From Squalus acanthias (taxonomy: Eukaryota): a DNA stretch of 64,000 nt. The stretch is from NCBI GenBank assembly GCA_030390025.1, contig CM059435.1:48980001-49044000 (forward strand). Direction: 5' to 3'. Under the pieces are notes generated by a model. The model was given only the letters and a program-made list of their open reading frames with translations, had not been told where the DNA came from and ran no database searches. The position numbers and the translations under genes were made by a program. Shown one piece after another: positions 39,161 to 50,252 of this stretch; position 1 is the first letter of the stretch, and every line of letters begins with the position of its first letter.

Positions 39161-42020
39161 CCTCTGATACAGCGCGGATCTGAGCGGGAGCGGCAGCAAC
39201 TGCTTAAAGGGAGCACCGGAGAAGGCCCAGGACACAGCGCAGACCTGAGCTGGAGTGGTGGCAGCGGCTCAAAGGGAGCTGAATGGCGACTTAAAAAAAA
39301 CAAGGAGTGATGTCACAGGACAGCAGGAGGCGGAGTATAAATCGAGCAGGAGGCCCAGAGAGAGTGCACAGACTGGAGCAGCGGCAGCAGCGAGGAGGCG
39401 GAGTACCTCCAGCAAAAAAAAACAAAAGCAACAATTGCAAAACAGCTAAAGTGACTTCACAACCAGGGAAGGAGCTGATTGGTGAGTAGCTGATGTTAAT
39501 AGTCTATTAAGTAAAGGCATGGCAGGGCAGCTCAGTCCCATGGAATGCACATCCTGTGCCATGTGTGGACTCCAGGAGGTTTCTTGTGTCCTGGACAACC
39601 ACATGTACAGTAAGTGTCATCAGCTGGAGGAGCTCGAGCTCCAAGTTTTGGAGCTTGAGCAGCAGCTGGTGTCACTGCGGTGCATCCGTGAGGCTGAGAG
39701 CTTTGTGGATAGCACGTTTCAGGAGGTGGTCACGCCGCAGATAGAGTGTGCAGGCAGAAAGGGAATGGGTGACCACCAGACAGAAGAGGACCGCCAGGCA
39801 GGTAATGCAGGAGTCCCGAGTGCATCTCGCTCTCCAACCAGTATTCGGTTCCAAGTACTAGTGAGGGTTCCTCTGGGGAGTATAGCCAGAGCCAAGTCTG
39901 GGGCACCACAGGTGGTTCAGTTGTACAGGGGGGGGGGGGGGAGGAAGAAGAGTGGGAAAGCAACAGTGATAGGGGATTAGATAGTTAGGGGAGCAGACAG
40001 AAGTTTCTGCGGCCACAGACGTGACTCTAGGATGGTATGTTGCCTCCTTGGTGCCAGGGTCAAGGATGTCACCGAGCGGCTGCAGAACATTGAGGCGGGA
40101 GGGTGAACAGCCAGAGGTCATGGTCCACATCGGTACCAACAACATAGGTAGAAAGAGGGATGAGGTCCTGCAGGCAGATTTCAGGGAGCTAGGATAAATA
40201 GATTAAAAAATAGGACCTCAAAAGGTAGTAATCTCCAGATTAGTCCCGGTGCCACGTGCTAGTGAGTATAGAAATAGGAGGATAGCGCAGATGAATGCAT
40301 GGCTGGAGAGATGGTGCAGGAGGGAGGGCTTTAGATTCCTGGGGCTACGGGACCTGTACAGGCTGGACGGGTTGGAACTCAACAGGGCTGGAACCAAGAT
40401 CCTCGCAGGGAGGTTTGCTAGTGCTGTTGAGGAGGGTTTAAACTATTTGGCAGGGAGATGGGCACCAGGATGTAACATTAGAAAGGGGAAATAAAGTGCT
40501 GAAAGGATTGGGAGAGTCAGAGAGCACTAAAGAAATAGTAAGGTATTAGGTGGGGTCCAACTAAGGAGAGAATACAGGATTTTCTACGATGGCTTTACAG
40601 TGTATGTATGTGAACGCACGAAGCGTAGTAAACAAGGTAAGTGAGCTGCAAGCATAAATAGCCACATGGGAATATGATGTTGTAGCAATAACTGAGACCT
40701 GGCTCAAAAAAGGGCAGGATTAGGTATTAAATATTTCTGGTTATAAAGTGTTCAGTAAAGATAGGAGGTGGTGTGGCAGTATTGGTCAAGGAGAATGTTA
40801 CCGTGCTGGAGAGGGAGGATGTCCTACAGGGATCAAGGACAGAATCTATTTGGCTAGGGTTAAGAAATAATAGAGGCGCCATTACACTACTAGGTGTATT
40901 CTATAGACTATCAAATAGTGGGAAAGATATGGAGGAGCAAATTTGCAAGAACTATAGAGTAGTAATAATGGGAGACTTCAACTATCCTAATAGAGACTGG
41001 GATCGTAACAGTGTTAAGGGCAGAGAAGGGGAAGAATTTCTGAAGTATGTTCAGGAGAACTTTCTTGATCAGTAGGTTTCCGGCCCGACGAGGGAGGAGA
41101 CATTGCTGGATCTGGTTCTGGGGAATGAGGTCGGTCAAGTGGAGCATGCGTCAGTAGGTGAACATTTAGGGAACAGTGATCATAGTGTCATAAGGTTTAG
41201 ATTAGCTATAGAAAAGGACAGGGAGCAATCTAGAGTAAAAATGCTTAACTGGTGGTGGTGGTGGGGGGGAAGGAGAGGGTGTGGGAGAAGGCCAATTTCA
41301 GTGGGATGAGAACACATCTGGCCCAGGTAAACTGGAATCAAAGATTGGCAGGCAAAACTGTCATGGAACAATGGGCTGCCTTTAAAGAGGAAATAGGTCA
41401 GGTACTGTTGAGGTGCATTCCCACTGGGGGGAAAGGCAGGGCAACTAAAGTCAGGGCGCCCTGGATGACGAAAGAGCAAGAGAATATGAAGCAGCAGAAA
41501 GAGCGCGTATGACAGATGTCAGGTTGCAAATACATCTGAGAATCAGGCTATATATAGAAAGGTCAGAGGAGAAGTGAAAAAGAAAATAAGAGGGTATGAG
41601 AATAGATTGGCAGCCAACATAAAAGGTAATCCAAAAGTCTTCTATAGGCATATAAATAGTAAAATAATAGTAAGAGGAGGGGTGGGGCCGATTAGGGACC
41701 AAAAAGCAGACCTATGCATGGAGGCAGAGGGTATGGCTGAGGTACTAAACGAGTACTTTGCATCGGTCTTCACCAAGGAAGAGAATGCGGCCATAGACAT
41801 AGTAAAAGGAGGAAGTAGTGGAGATACTGGATAGGATAAAACTTCATAAAGAGGAGGTATTAGAAAGGCTGGCTGTACTTAAAGTAGATAAACCACCAAG
41901 AGCAGATGGGATGCATCCTAGGATGCTGAGGGAATTGATGGAGGAAATCGCAGAGGTACTGGCCATAATATTCCAATCTTCCTTAGATGCCAGAGGACTG
42001 GAGAATTGCAAATATTACAC

Positions 42021-42400
42021 CATAAGAAATAGGAGCAGGAGTAGGCCATTTGGCCCTTTGAGCCTGCTCCGCCATTCAATATCATGGCTGATCTTCTACC
42101 TCATCTCCACTTTCCTGAACTATTCCCATATCCCTTAATATTCAAAAATCTATCGATCTGCCTCAAATATACTCCTGTGCCTGGGGTAGAGAATTCTGAA
42201 GATTCACCATCCTCTGGGTGAAGAAATTCCTCTCATCTCAGTCCTAAATAGCTGACCCCTGGTTCTAGACTCCCCAGCCAGGGGAAACATCCTTCCTGCA
42301 TCTACCCTGTCAAGCCCTGTAAGAATGTTGTATGTTTCAATGAGATCACCTCTCATTCTTCTAAACGCTAGAGAATATAGGCCTAGTCTACTCGATCTGA
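42021..42400 (-). mobile_element. CR1 3' fragment nested antisense in the full-length CR1
   Basis: The - strand gives LGLYSLAFRRMRGDLIETY. accat is duplicated at 42019-42023 and 42400-42404; removing the insert restores the host sequence ttacaccattgttc. Confidence 0.85.
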
Positions 42401-42927
42401 CCATTGTTCAAAAAAGGGTGTAAAGATAAACCCAGCAACTACAGGCCAGTCAGTTTGACCTCGATAGTGGGGAAGCTTTTAGAAACAGTAATCAGGGACA
42501 AAATTGCCACTTGCACAAGTGTGGATTAATTAAGGAAAGCCAGCACGGATTTGTTAAAGGCAAATCGTGTTTAACTAACTTAATTGAGTTCGTTGATGAG
42601 GTAACAGAGAGGGTTGATGAGGGTAATGCAGTTGACATAGTGTACATGGATTTCCAAAAGGCATTCGACAAAGTGCCACATAATAGGCTTGCCAGCAAAG
42701 TGGAAGTCTATGGAATAAAAGGGACAGTGGCAGCATGGATACGGAATTGGCTAAGTGATAGGAAACAGAGAGTAGTGGTGAATGGTTGTTTTTCGGACTG
42801 GAGGAAGGTATACAATGGTGTTCCCCACAGCTCGGTTCTAGGACCACTGCTTTTCTTGCTTTATATTAATGACTTGGACGTGGGTGTACAGGGCACAATT
42901 TCAAAATTTGCAGATGACACAAAACTT

Positions 42928-42990
42928 GGAAGTATAGCGAACAGTGAGGAAGTATAGCGAACAGTGAGGAAGTATAGCGAACAGCGAGGA
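42928..42990. repeat. 20-bp tandem triplication (ggaagtatagcgaacagtga) within CR1 RT
   Basis: Read directly. Confidence 0.9.
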
Positions 42991-44132
42991 GAAGAGTATT
43001 AGACTTCAGGAAGACAGACAGGCTAGTGAAATGGGCAGACGAAATTTAACGCAGAAAAGTGTGAAGTGATACAATTTGGTAGAAAGAATGAGGAGAGGAC
43101 ATATAAACGAAATGGTACAATCCTGAAGGGGGTGCACGAACAGGGAAACCTGGGGTATGTGTGCACAAATCGTTGAATGTGGCAGGGCAGGTTGAGAAAG
43201 AAGTTCTTACAGGATCCTGGACTTCATAAAGAGAGGTAAAGAGTACAAAAGTGTGGAAATTATGATGAACCTGTATAAAACACTGGTTCGGCCACAACTG
43301 GAGTACTATGTCCAATTCTGGGCACCACACTTAAGGAAGGATGTGAAGGCCTTAGAGAGGGTGCAGAAAAGATTTACGAGAATGATTCCAGGAATGAGGG
43401 ATTTCAGTTATGTTGATAGACTGGAGAAGCTGGGGTTGTTCTCCTTGGAGCAGAGAAGATTGAGGAGATTTGATAGAGGTGGTCAAAATCATGAGGGGTC
43501 TGGACAGAGTAGCTAGAAGGAAACTGTTCTCATTGACAGAAGGGCCGAGAACCAGAGGACACAGATTTAAGGCAATTGGCAAAAGAACCAAAGGCAACGC
43601 AAGAAAACTTTTTTACGCAGCGAGTGGTTAAGATCTGGAATGCACTGCCTGAAAGGATGGTGGAGGCAGATTCAATCACAGCTTTCAAAAGGGAGTTGGA
43701 TAAGTATCTAAAGGAAAGAAATTTGCAGGGCTACGGATAAAGGGCGGGGGAGTGGGACTAGCTGAAGTGCTCTTGCAGAGAGCCGGCACGGGCTCAATGA
43801 TCCGAATGGCCTTCTTCCGTGCTGTAACCATTTTATGATTCTACGACCGGTATTCACGGGTAAAATTTAAATCATGTTAAGAGCCTGTCTCCCCCCCACC
43901 CCAAGACTGCAAAGTTACTGCCTTGGCATTTTTCCTCTCCCACATAAAGGGATTGACATCTTATGACTGACAGTTTGACAGACTTTATGGCATGTAAACA
44001 CCAGTTTTAATAAGATGTTATTGCCTGTAGGATGTTTAAAATCTCGAACTGGATGTTGCCACATCTGTTTCTGCCCAAAATAAATGGGAAGTCGCACAAC
44101 ACCAGGTTATAGTCCAACAGCTTTATTTGAAA

Positions 44133-44169
44133 TCACAAGCTTTCGGAGCGCTGCTCCTTCGTCAGGTGA
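44133..44169 (-). ncRNA. Minimal hammerhead ribozyme motif (left arm; NCOA5 sense strand)
   Basis: The reverse complement reads UCAC-CUGACGA-A-GGAGC(AGC)GCUCC-GAAA-GCUU-GUGA. Confidence 0.7.
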
Positions 44170-44439
44170 AGTGAAGAAATACATATGGGCACAACATATA
44201 TAGTCAGAGAACACTGCCAGACGACTACAGTTAATCTTTCTAACTGCCCTTTATCACACCTCGGCAGAGAGACAATCACGGCAATCAAAGGTGTGGATGG
44301 TGTCCACACCATCCACACCTTTGATTGCCGTGATTATCACACCTCGGCAGAGAGACAAAGGGCAGTTAGAAAGATTAACTGTAGTCGTCTGGCAGTGTTC
44401 TCTGACTATATATGCTGTGCCCATATGTATTTCTTCACT

Positions 44440-44476
44440 TCACCTGACGAAGGAGCAGCGCTCCGAAAGCTTGTGA
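44440..44476 (+). ncRNA. Minimal hammerhead ribozyme motif (right arm)
   Basis: tcac-ctgacga-a-ggagc-agc-gctcc-gaaa-gctt-gtga. Confidence 0.7.
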
Positions 44477-44796
44477 TTTCAAATAAAGCTGTTGGACTAT
44501 AACCTGGTGTTGAGACTTCTCACTTTTGTCCACCCCAGTCCAACACCGGCATCTCCACATCAAAATAAATGGAGCACTTAAGACGCTATAACCAACAACA
44601 TTGAAATAGATATTAATGTAAGTGATTAATAGTTACCACATTTTGCCCGATACAAGTGGCTGCTCGTTTTAAACATGGACGGGGACTATATTGCTACTTC
44701 AGTTTTGGACAAAACTGTGCACACAGATTGCTCTTCTGATTGCTGGAAATAATATTCTATTGCGAGAGAGAAGTAGTCCAAAAGTAATAATTTTAC

Positions 44797-44937
44797 CTGT
44801 ACGTTGGGTCTCTGGGGTCTCTGGCATCCCTGTACCGATCATACAGAGGATCTCTTGCATCTCGTTCATCTCTGGCAGGTCTGAGCGGAGAGCGATCGCG
44901 TCTTAAATCACGGTCATCACCAAAGGCAAACGGATCT
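44797..44937 (-). CDS. NCOA5: NCOA5 coding exon 4 (RD-rich)
   Basis: ttttgatag|A...TACAG|gtaaaa; DPFAFGDDRDLRRDRSPLR...RDPLYDRYRDARDPRDPTYR; 141 nt. Confidence 0.95.
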
Positions 44938-47631
44938 CTATCAAAAGCAGATGAACCCAATAAGTATGTTTTCAAAAAACACAAAACACCAGCTGCTGTA
45001 ACTCTCAAAGCAAGCCTAAATCTTAAAACCTCCAACATGCTAAGCATGTAGCGACTGACTACCAGCTTTCATAAGGACTAACTGGGTAGTATCATTAATG
45101 CAGGATATATTGGTTACTGAAACATTGCTTAAAGTCAAAAGAGGCTCACTGAAGCTTACAAAGTTGGTTAAATATACCTAGGTGCTCTTGAAATCCCTAA
45201 TCAGCTTAAAAAAAAACAGGTTACAGTGGTTTACTGTAACACTTATCTAATCGAATCAAGCAGTTCAGAATTCTGAATGCACAAGACAAATTAAAGACAG
45301 AATCCCTGCAGTGTCATATGACTCAGCACACTTTGTAATATGATTCACAGGGGGAAATGTGAATTTGAGCAAAAATTGTAAAAGTTTTGATACTTTAACC
45401 AAATATAAAACACCAAAATTGGCAATATTTGTTTTGACTCATCTCTTGGTGCTTACATAATGCTACAGATCACAAATGTATTGTAAACCAAGACTACATG
45501 GTGTGAAGGGGGTATTTGTTGAAGTTATCAGCAGCTTGGTCTTATTTTCATTGTAGTTAAATGTCAACAAAAGCTTCAACAGTCATTTATTTCATACAAT
45601 GGTGAATTTCAGCTTGCTCTGTCCTCCCCTTTCCACCCCCCACCCTACACCAACCCCCCCCCATTCCCCAATACTTGAGATGAAATCCTCTTAACATTTC
45701 TGGAAAGTTGCTATAGCCCATGTCATTCATAACACTGCACTACAGAAGCTTTCTGGCTGAGGATATCAAAAAGGAACAGATATTTAAGATGGGACATTTT
45801 CACAAGAATTCTGGGCAACACACAACTTTCCCACACTTATTACAATTGATTATGGTGCAGCTTAAAAACTCGGGGTCTGTGAATTGTAACTTTAACACTG
45901 AAAAAACCAGGATAAGGTCTGGGAAATAATAATGAGTTAAGAGTTTAAGAACTGATGCCCTCCAATATATAATTCATAACTGGGCATCAGCTGAAAGACC
46001 TGCCATTTTTATAACCAAGGAACCTCACTGAAATACCTTGCCATTTAGGTTCACAGACAGATCAGAGCATTAAATCCAGACGGTCTCTCCTGTATTCCAT
46101 TTTTACGTAATCATTGCCATCAATACATTTAGTTGCTTCCAAAAGCTTTGATGATTTTTTTTTCCACTGCATCATTTAGGATGGAACTGCAGCCAAGCCT
46201 TCTATATGCCCTGGAGATCCAGTTACGCCAACATTTTCCAACAGCTCTGGCGATTCAGATTCAGATTCAGTCTAGATCATGCCCACTTTTCCAGACATGC
46301 CATTAAAAAGTTGAATTTCCTTAGGAGTTACTGTGTAATCGTAATTTCCATCCAATCACGAGTGAAATCTCGTGCTAATCAATTGCTACTTACCTTCAGT
46401 TTAATATCCTATATAAAATCAGCAGAGGAAGGGAACAAGAAAGCGTAACAAGAAAGCAGTACAAATGGAACAAGAGGAAAAGAGTTTGTACCTAAAAAGA
46501 AAACTTCAGTGATTTGCACCAAGAATGTGGTCATGAGATCCACGAAAATCGTGTTAATGTGCAAAGTGTTGCAAGAAACTCCAACGATGGGATCTATTGG
46601 CAGAACTACACAAATTTTTCCTTTCTATAATTAAGGGAACCAATTCAAATAATCACCATTCAGAAGGTTGTATATTCCATGTTGTTGGTACCAAGTTTAG
46701 AGACAAGTATATTGGATACTGGAGCATGTATACTATGGAGCATGTGGCAGGATGACAGATCAGTGACACAATCCTACAATTTTCAAGGAGAGAATAGGTT
46801 TCAGCATTTCCAAATAGACCTGCAGAAGATCGGTGCTTCAAGCCAATCTGCTTGATTGAATCTTCGCTTCAGTCGATGTGAACTACTTGGTTATTCATTA
46901 TGACATCAGCCTTTATTTAATACAACTTTTAAGCCCTCTTCATCTTGTACTATGCCTCCAGATGAATGGAACAATTGAAAGGCTGCAGAAGTGTGTGGCA
47001 ACAGAAGCTTATCAAGGCAATAAGGAATTATTGCCAGCTCCAAGTCAGCCTCCTGCTCCCTTCACCCATTTCCCTCCTGATACTTACCTCACTAGACATA
47101 GCACATAATTATGTTAGAAGCCTGAACATTTAAGTGAACGGACGCACGCATGGAATTTTAAAGTAACAGCAAACGAGATGTGAAGTGATGTGCAACAGAA
47201 GCACGCAAATGAGAATCACTGGGACCCACGGCACATGGTCAACGTTCCAAAGAACACTTGGAAAATTCATTGCAAGTTGCAATTCATTTCAAAATGCACC
47301 ATTTTTTATTAATTTTGTATAAAAACTAATTTACATTGTTGACATACATAAGCATTAATGCTACAGTCATACTTTATTGTAAGCTTGCAAAATGTACAAC
47401 TGACGCACTACGTAGAAACAAAAACCCGAGAAGCATCCTTAAAATAAAGTTGTGAGTCATTTAAATGTGTAACTTACTTCACTGCAAAATGTAGAAAAAG
47501 CAGATTCACAAGTCCCCACGCAATCAGGAAATTTTAGAATTTTAATAGGCTGATTTAACAAAAGACGACCGTCATCCCATCACTGGCAAATAGTCTTGTC
47601 TTCGTGAAAAAAGATGCACAAGTTTTATTAC

Positions 47632-47698
47632 CTTCTCGGAGGACTCGGTCTCCGTGCAGTTTTATTCGAATTTCTTCGTTCAGCTGCCATATTAACAT
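47632..47698 (-). CDS. NCOA5: NCOA5 coding exon 3
   Basis: cttttcag|AT...AGAAG|gtaata; DVNMAAERRNSNKTARRPSPPRR, compared with the human N-terminus MNTAPSRPSPTRR; 67 nt, phase 1->2. Confidence 0.88.
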
Positions 47699-48412
47699 CT
47701 GAAAAGAACCAACCAACCAATTTGTACAAAACAAGAACAGAATATAGACTTGAATGCAAACATATCTGACAAAACAGAGTTACGTAAATGTTTATTACCA
47801 CAAGGATCGTTTAATGCATTAAGCAATCGCTTACAGGTGAATTTTTCAGACAAGCGATCACAAACTGGATTATGTACTCAAAACAGTAGAAATTTTTGGT
47901 AGAACTATTACATTTGTCACTAGCTTGAAAAACGGAGCAAAATAGCAAGAATGCTCCAGTACAGCCAAAGTCAAAAATCAGACGAAAAACTAGTTATTGC
48001 AGATCTTCACACCCATGTTTTGGATAAAATCGACAGTATGAAGATATCCCTGGAACACAAAATTCTGCTTACTCCATGATCATTTTCTGAGTTGTACCAA
48101 GCATTTAATTAGTTGACCGGATTGTGTGGTGCAATGTTACCACATTCAGAATAAACTCGATTACCACAGCGAACATACTTGGATGCCAAACATGCCAAAA
48201 CTAGTGTTAAGACACAAAAGTGCGCACTTTCAAATCCATTCATTTGAAAATATGGACTGATGCACTAATGTACAGGGGTCCAGAATAAAATTGAGCAGTG
48301 TCAAACAGTTAGGCAATACACTCCTTTATAAAGATGTTCTTTAATGCTTGTAAATCCCAATGCATTCATAGTATACATTTGAAGACACTTGCAGTTTATC
48401 TCAAGTTCTTAC

Positions 48413-48520
48413 CTAATCTGTACCCTCTACACATTCGCTCGTTTTCTCCTTGCACGGCAGCTTTAGCATCCTCAACACGATCAAACTGCACAAACCCAAA
48501 TCCATGGTGCATTGACAAAG
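48413..48520 (-). CDS. NCOA5: NCOA5 coding exon 2 (RRM, RNP1)
   Basis: ttttgcag|CT...TTAG|gtaag; ALSMHHGFGFVQFDRVEDAKAAVQGENERMCRGYRL; 108 nt, phase 1-1. Confidence 0.88.
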   Translation of the reverse strand, partial: LCQCTMDLGLCSLIVLRMLKLPCKEKTSECVEGTD

Positions 48521-50114
48521 CTGCAAAATTAATGTTGTTAATGAAAATGTACATACCTGTGGGATGGAAAAATTCCAGATGTTCAAAAATCTCCATTCAA
48601 TAGAGCAAAATTACTTCCCTTGACACTTGCAAGTTAAACTGGCAATGTCTAGTTCACAGGTGGTCAATAGAAATGATGCCGAAGTCCATTACCTCTTCAA
48701 ACTGTTCACTTGGCCAGGCAAAATTCCCCATGTGTAGACGAGAAAACTCCAAAAATGGTTGTGAACGAGACCTCAATAAGATCAGCTCATCCTTAAATAT
48801 CAGATACTTGCAGACAATACCAGAGTGAAGCCTATTTGCTGAAACCATCCATCAGAATCAACGGCATAATTAAGAAAATATGTAAAACCTCGACTATTCA
48901 CACAACTCCTCAGAATAGTAAACAGTAGGCTATTAATCCAAAAAAATCTGACTTCAAGGGAAAGTAATTTGAAGTATTTATGGAACACCTTTTAAGATAC
49001 CAATATACACTACAACTCACATGTTAATGTTTAACCAAATCCCAATTTGTTCCAACTTTGCAAATCCATTCCAGTTCTATGCATATCTGATAATGAACTT
49101 TGGTTCATCTCCATATCATGGATACGATTCATATACGCACCAACATCGTAAGAGACTTTTCCACTTATCCTGAAAGCAGTTATATATACACTATTCAAAC
49201 ATATCTGCAATGAGGATTACTTAATGGATAACAAAAAATCCCCTTAGTAAGGTACCTCATTTGAGATTGCAGAGTCTAAACAATGATCAATATCAACACT
49301 GTTCCACATTAAATTTGGCTAGCACTGGCAATTTGTGCATCATAAACATTAGTAAATATCTAGCAATGGGGATTTAAAATGAAACTCCAAATTTCTATCA
49401 ACCTGGCTCAATGTAAGCATCTATATTGTCTGCTTTGAACCAAAGACACAAAAGCACCATTCTTTCAATACAAAACAGACAGGTTCTCAGCTTAAACTCG
49501 GCCATAAAAACTTTATTTCAGACATTTGCAACTATAAGTTAACACTATCAAATACAGTTGTACATTACTTTAATGTAACTGTCACAGCTGGCACACAACT
49601 AGTAGTCAGTAACTTAGTAGCCAAAAAGATGGCTACAAAGATTTATTCCATGGGAATATCACTTATTTAGTAGACATTGCCATTTTAACCTCAATAGAAC
49701 CTAGGTTAAACACTGGCCAATCTCCAGAAGCCAATGTACAAACTAATAAAAATACAAGTATGACTAGCCATCTTGAAAAACCCGGGCAGTTTCAAAGTTA
49801 TCATGCACTATTTTTTACTTTCTGAAAGTAATTTAATCAGATTTAAAAGCGGTGTTTCTTGGATCATCCCTTCGGTCAGCCAGGTACAAGTGTCGCAGAA
49901 GAGTAGTGATTGTTGTCAAAAACGTAGAGCAAAACCTTCCAAGTCCATTCAAGCCTCAAAGTTGTGAATATTTCATACTTCTTACCAAAAAATATATAAA
50001 ATTAACTGGCCACTGACTGTAGTAAATAACATATTAAACAAAGCAAAATTCACACACAATCCGACTGTACCCTTGCCAATGTGGCAGCACCCCAACATTA
50101 TGTGCTGTGGGGAG

Positions 50115-50252
50115 CAGGACACAAAAGGCATCAAGGGGTATGGGGAGAGAGCGGGAATATGGTATTGAGATAAAGGATCAGCCATGATCATATTGAATGG
50201 CGGAGCAGGCTCGAAGGGCCGAATGGCCTACTCCTGCTCCTATTTTTCTATG
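50115..50252 (+). mobile_element. CR1 3' UTR fragment
   Basis: gatcagccatgatcatattgaatggcggagcaggctcgaagggccgaatggcctactcctgctcctat matches the CR1 3' ends at ~25690 and ~42030. Confidence 0.8.

Larger units (their letters stand above)
39161..43845 (+). mobile_element. Apparently full-length but decayed CR1 LINE: 5' UTR, ORF1 (Zn-finger/leucine zipper + SGNH esterase, from 39519), ORF2 (APE + RT, from ~40590)
   Basis: ORF1 MAGQLSPMECTSCAMC..KCHQLEELELQVLELEQQL, VIGD, VHIGTNN, AQMNAWLERWCRREGFRFL. ORF2 [38 protein letters not shown]. Tail ..ttttatgattctacga. Many frameshifts. Confidence 0.94.
44088..44562. mobile_element. Penelope-like element forming a ~430-bp palindrome plus tail
   Basis: TSD (ca)aaataaatgg at 44076-44087 and 44561-44572. 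Arms 44088-44303 and 44306-44519 around a 2-nt spacer. Confidence 0.88.

Noticed and set aside
39519-40494. CR1 ORF1 esterase as the source of the SGNH exon at 16570
   Set aside because: The motif styles differ (VIGD/VHIGTNN versus VWIAGH/IHLGDNE) and I see no nucleotide similarity, so it is not a local copy.
44133-44502. Mirror-image ORFs on both strands
   Set aside because: A direct consequence of the palindrome; no recognisable protein motif.
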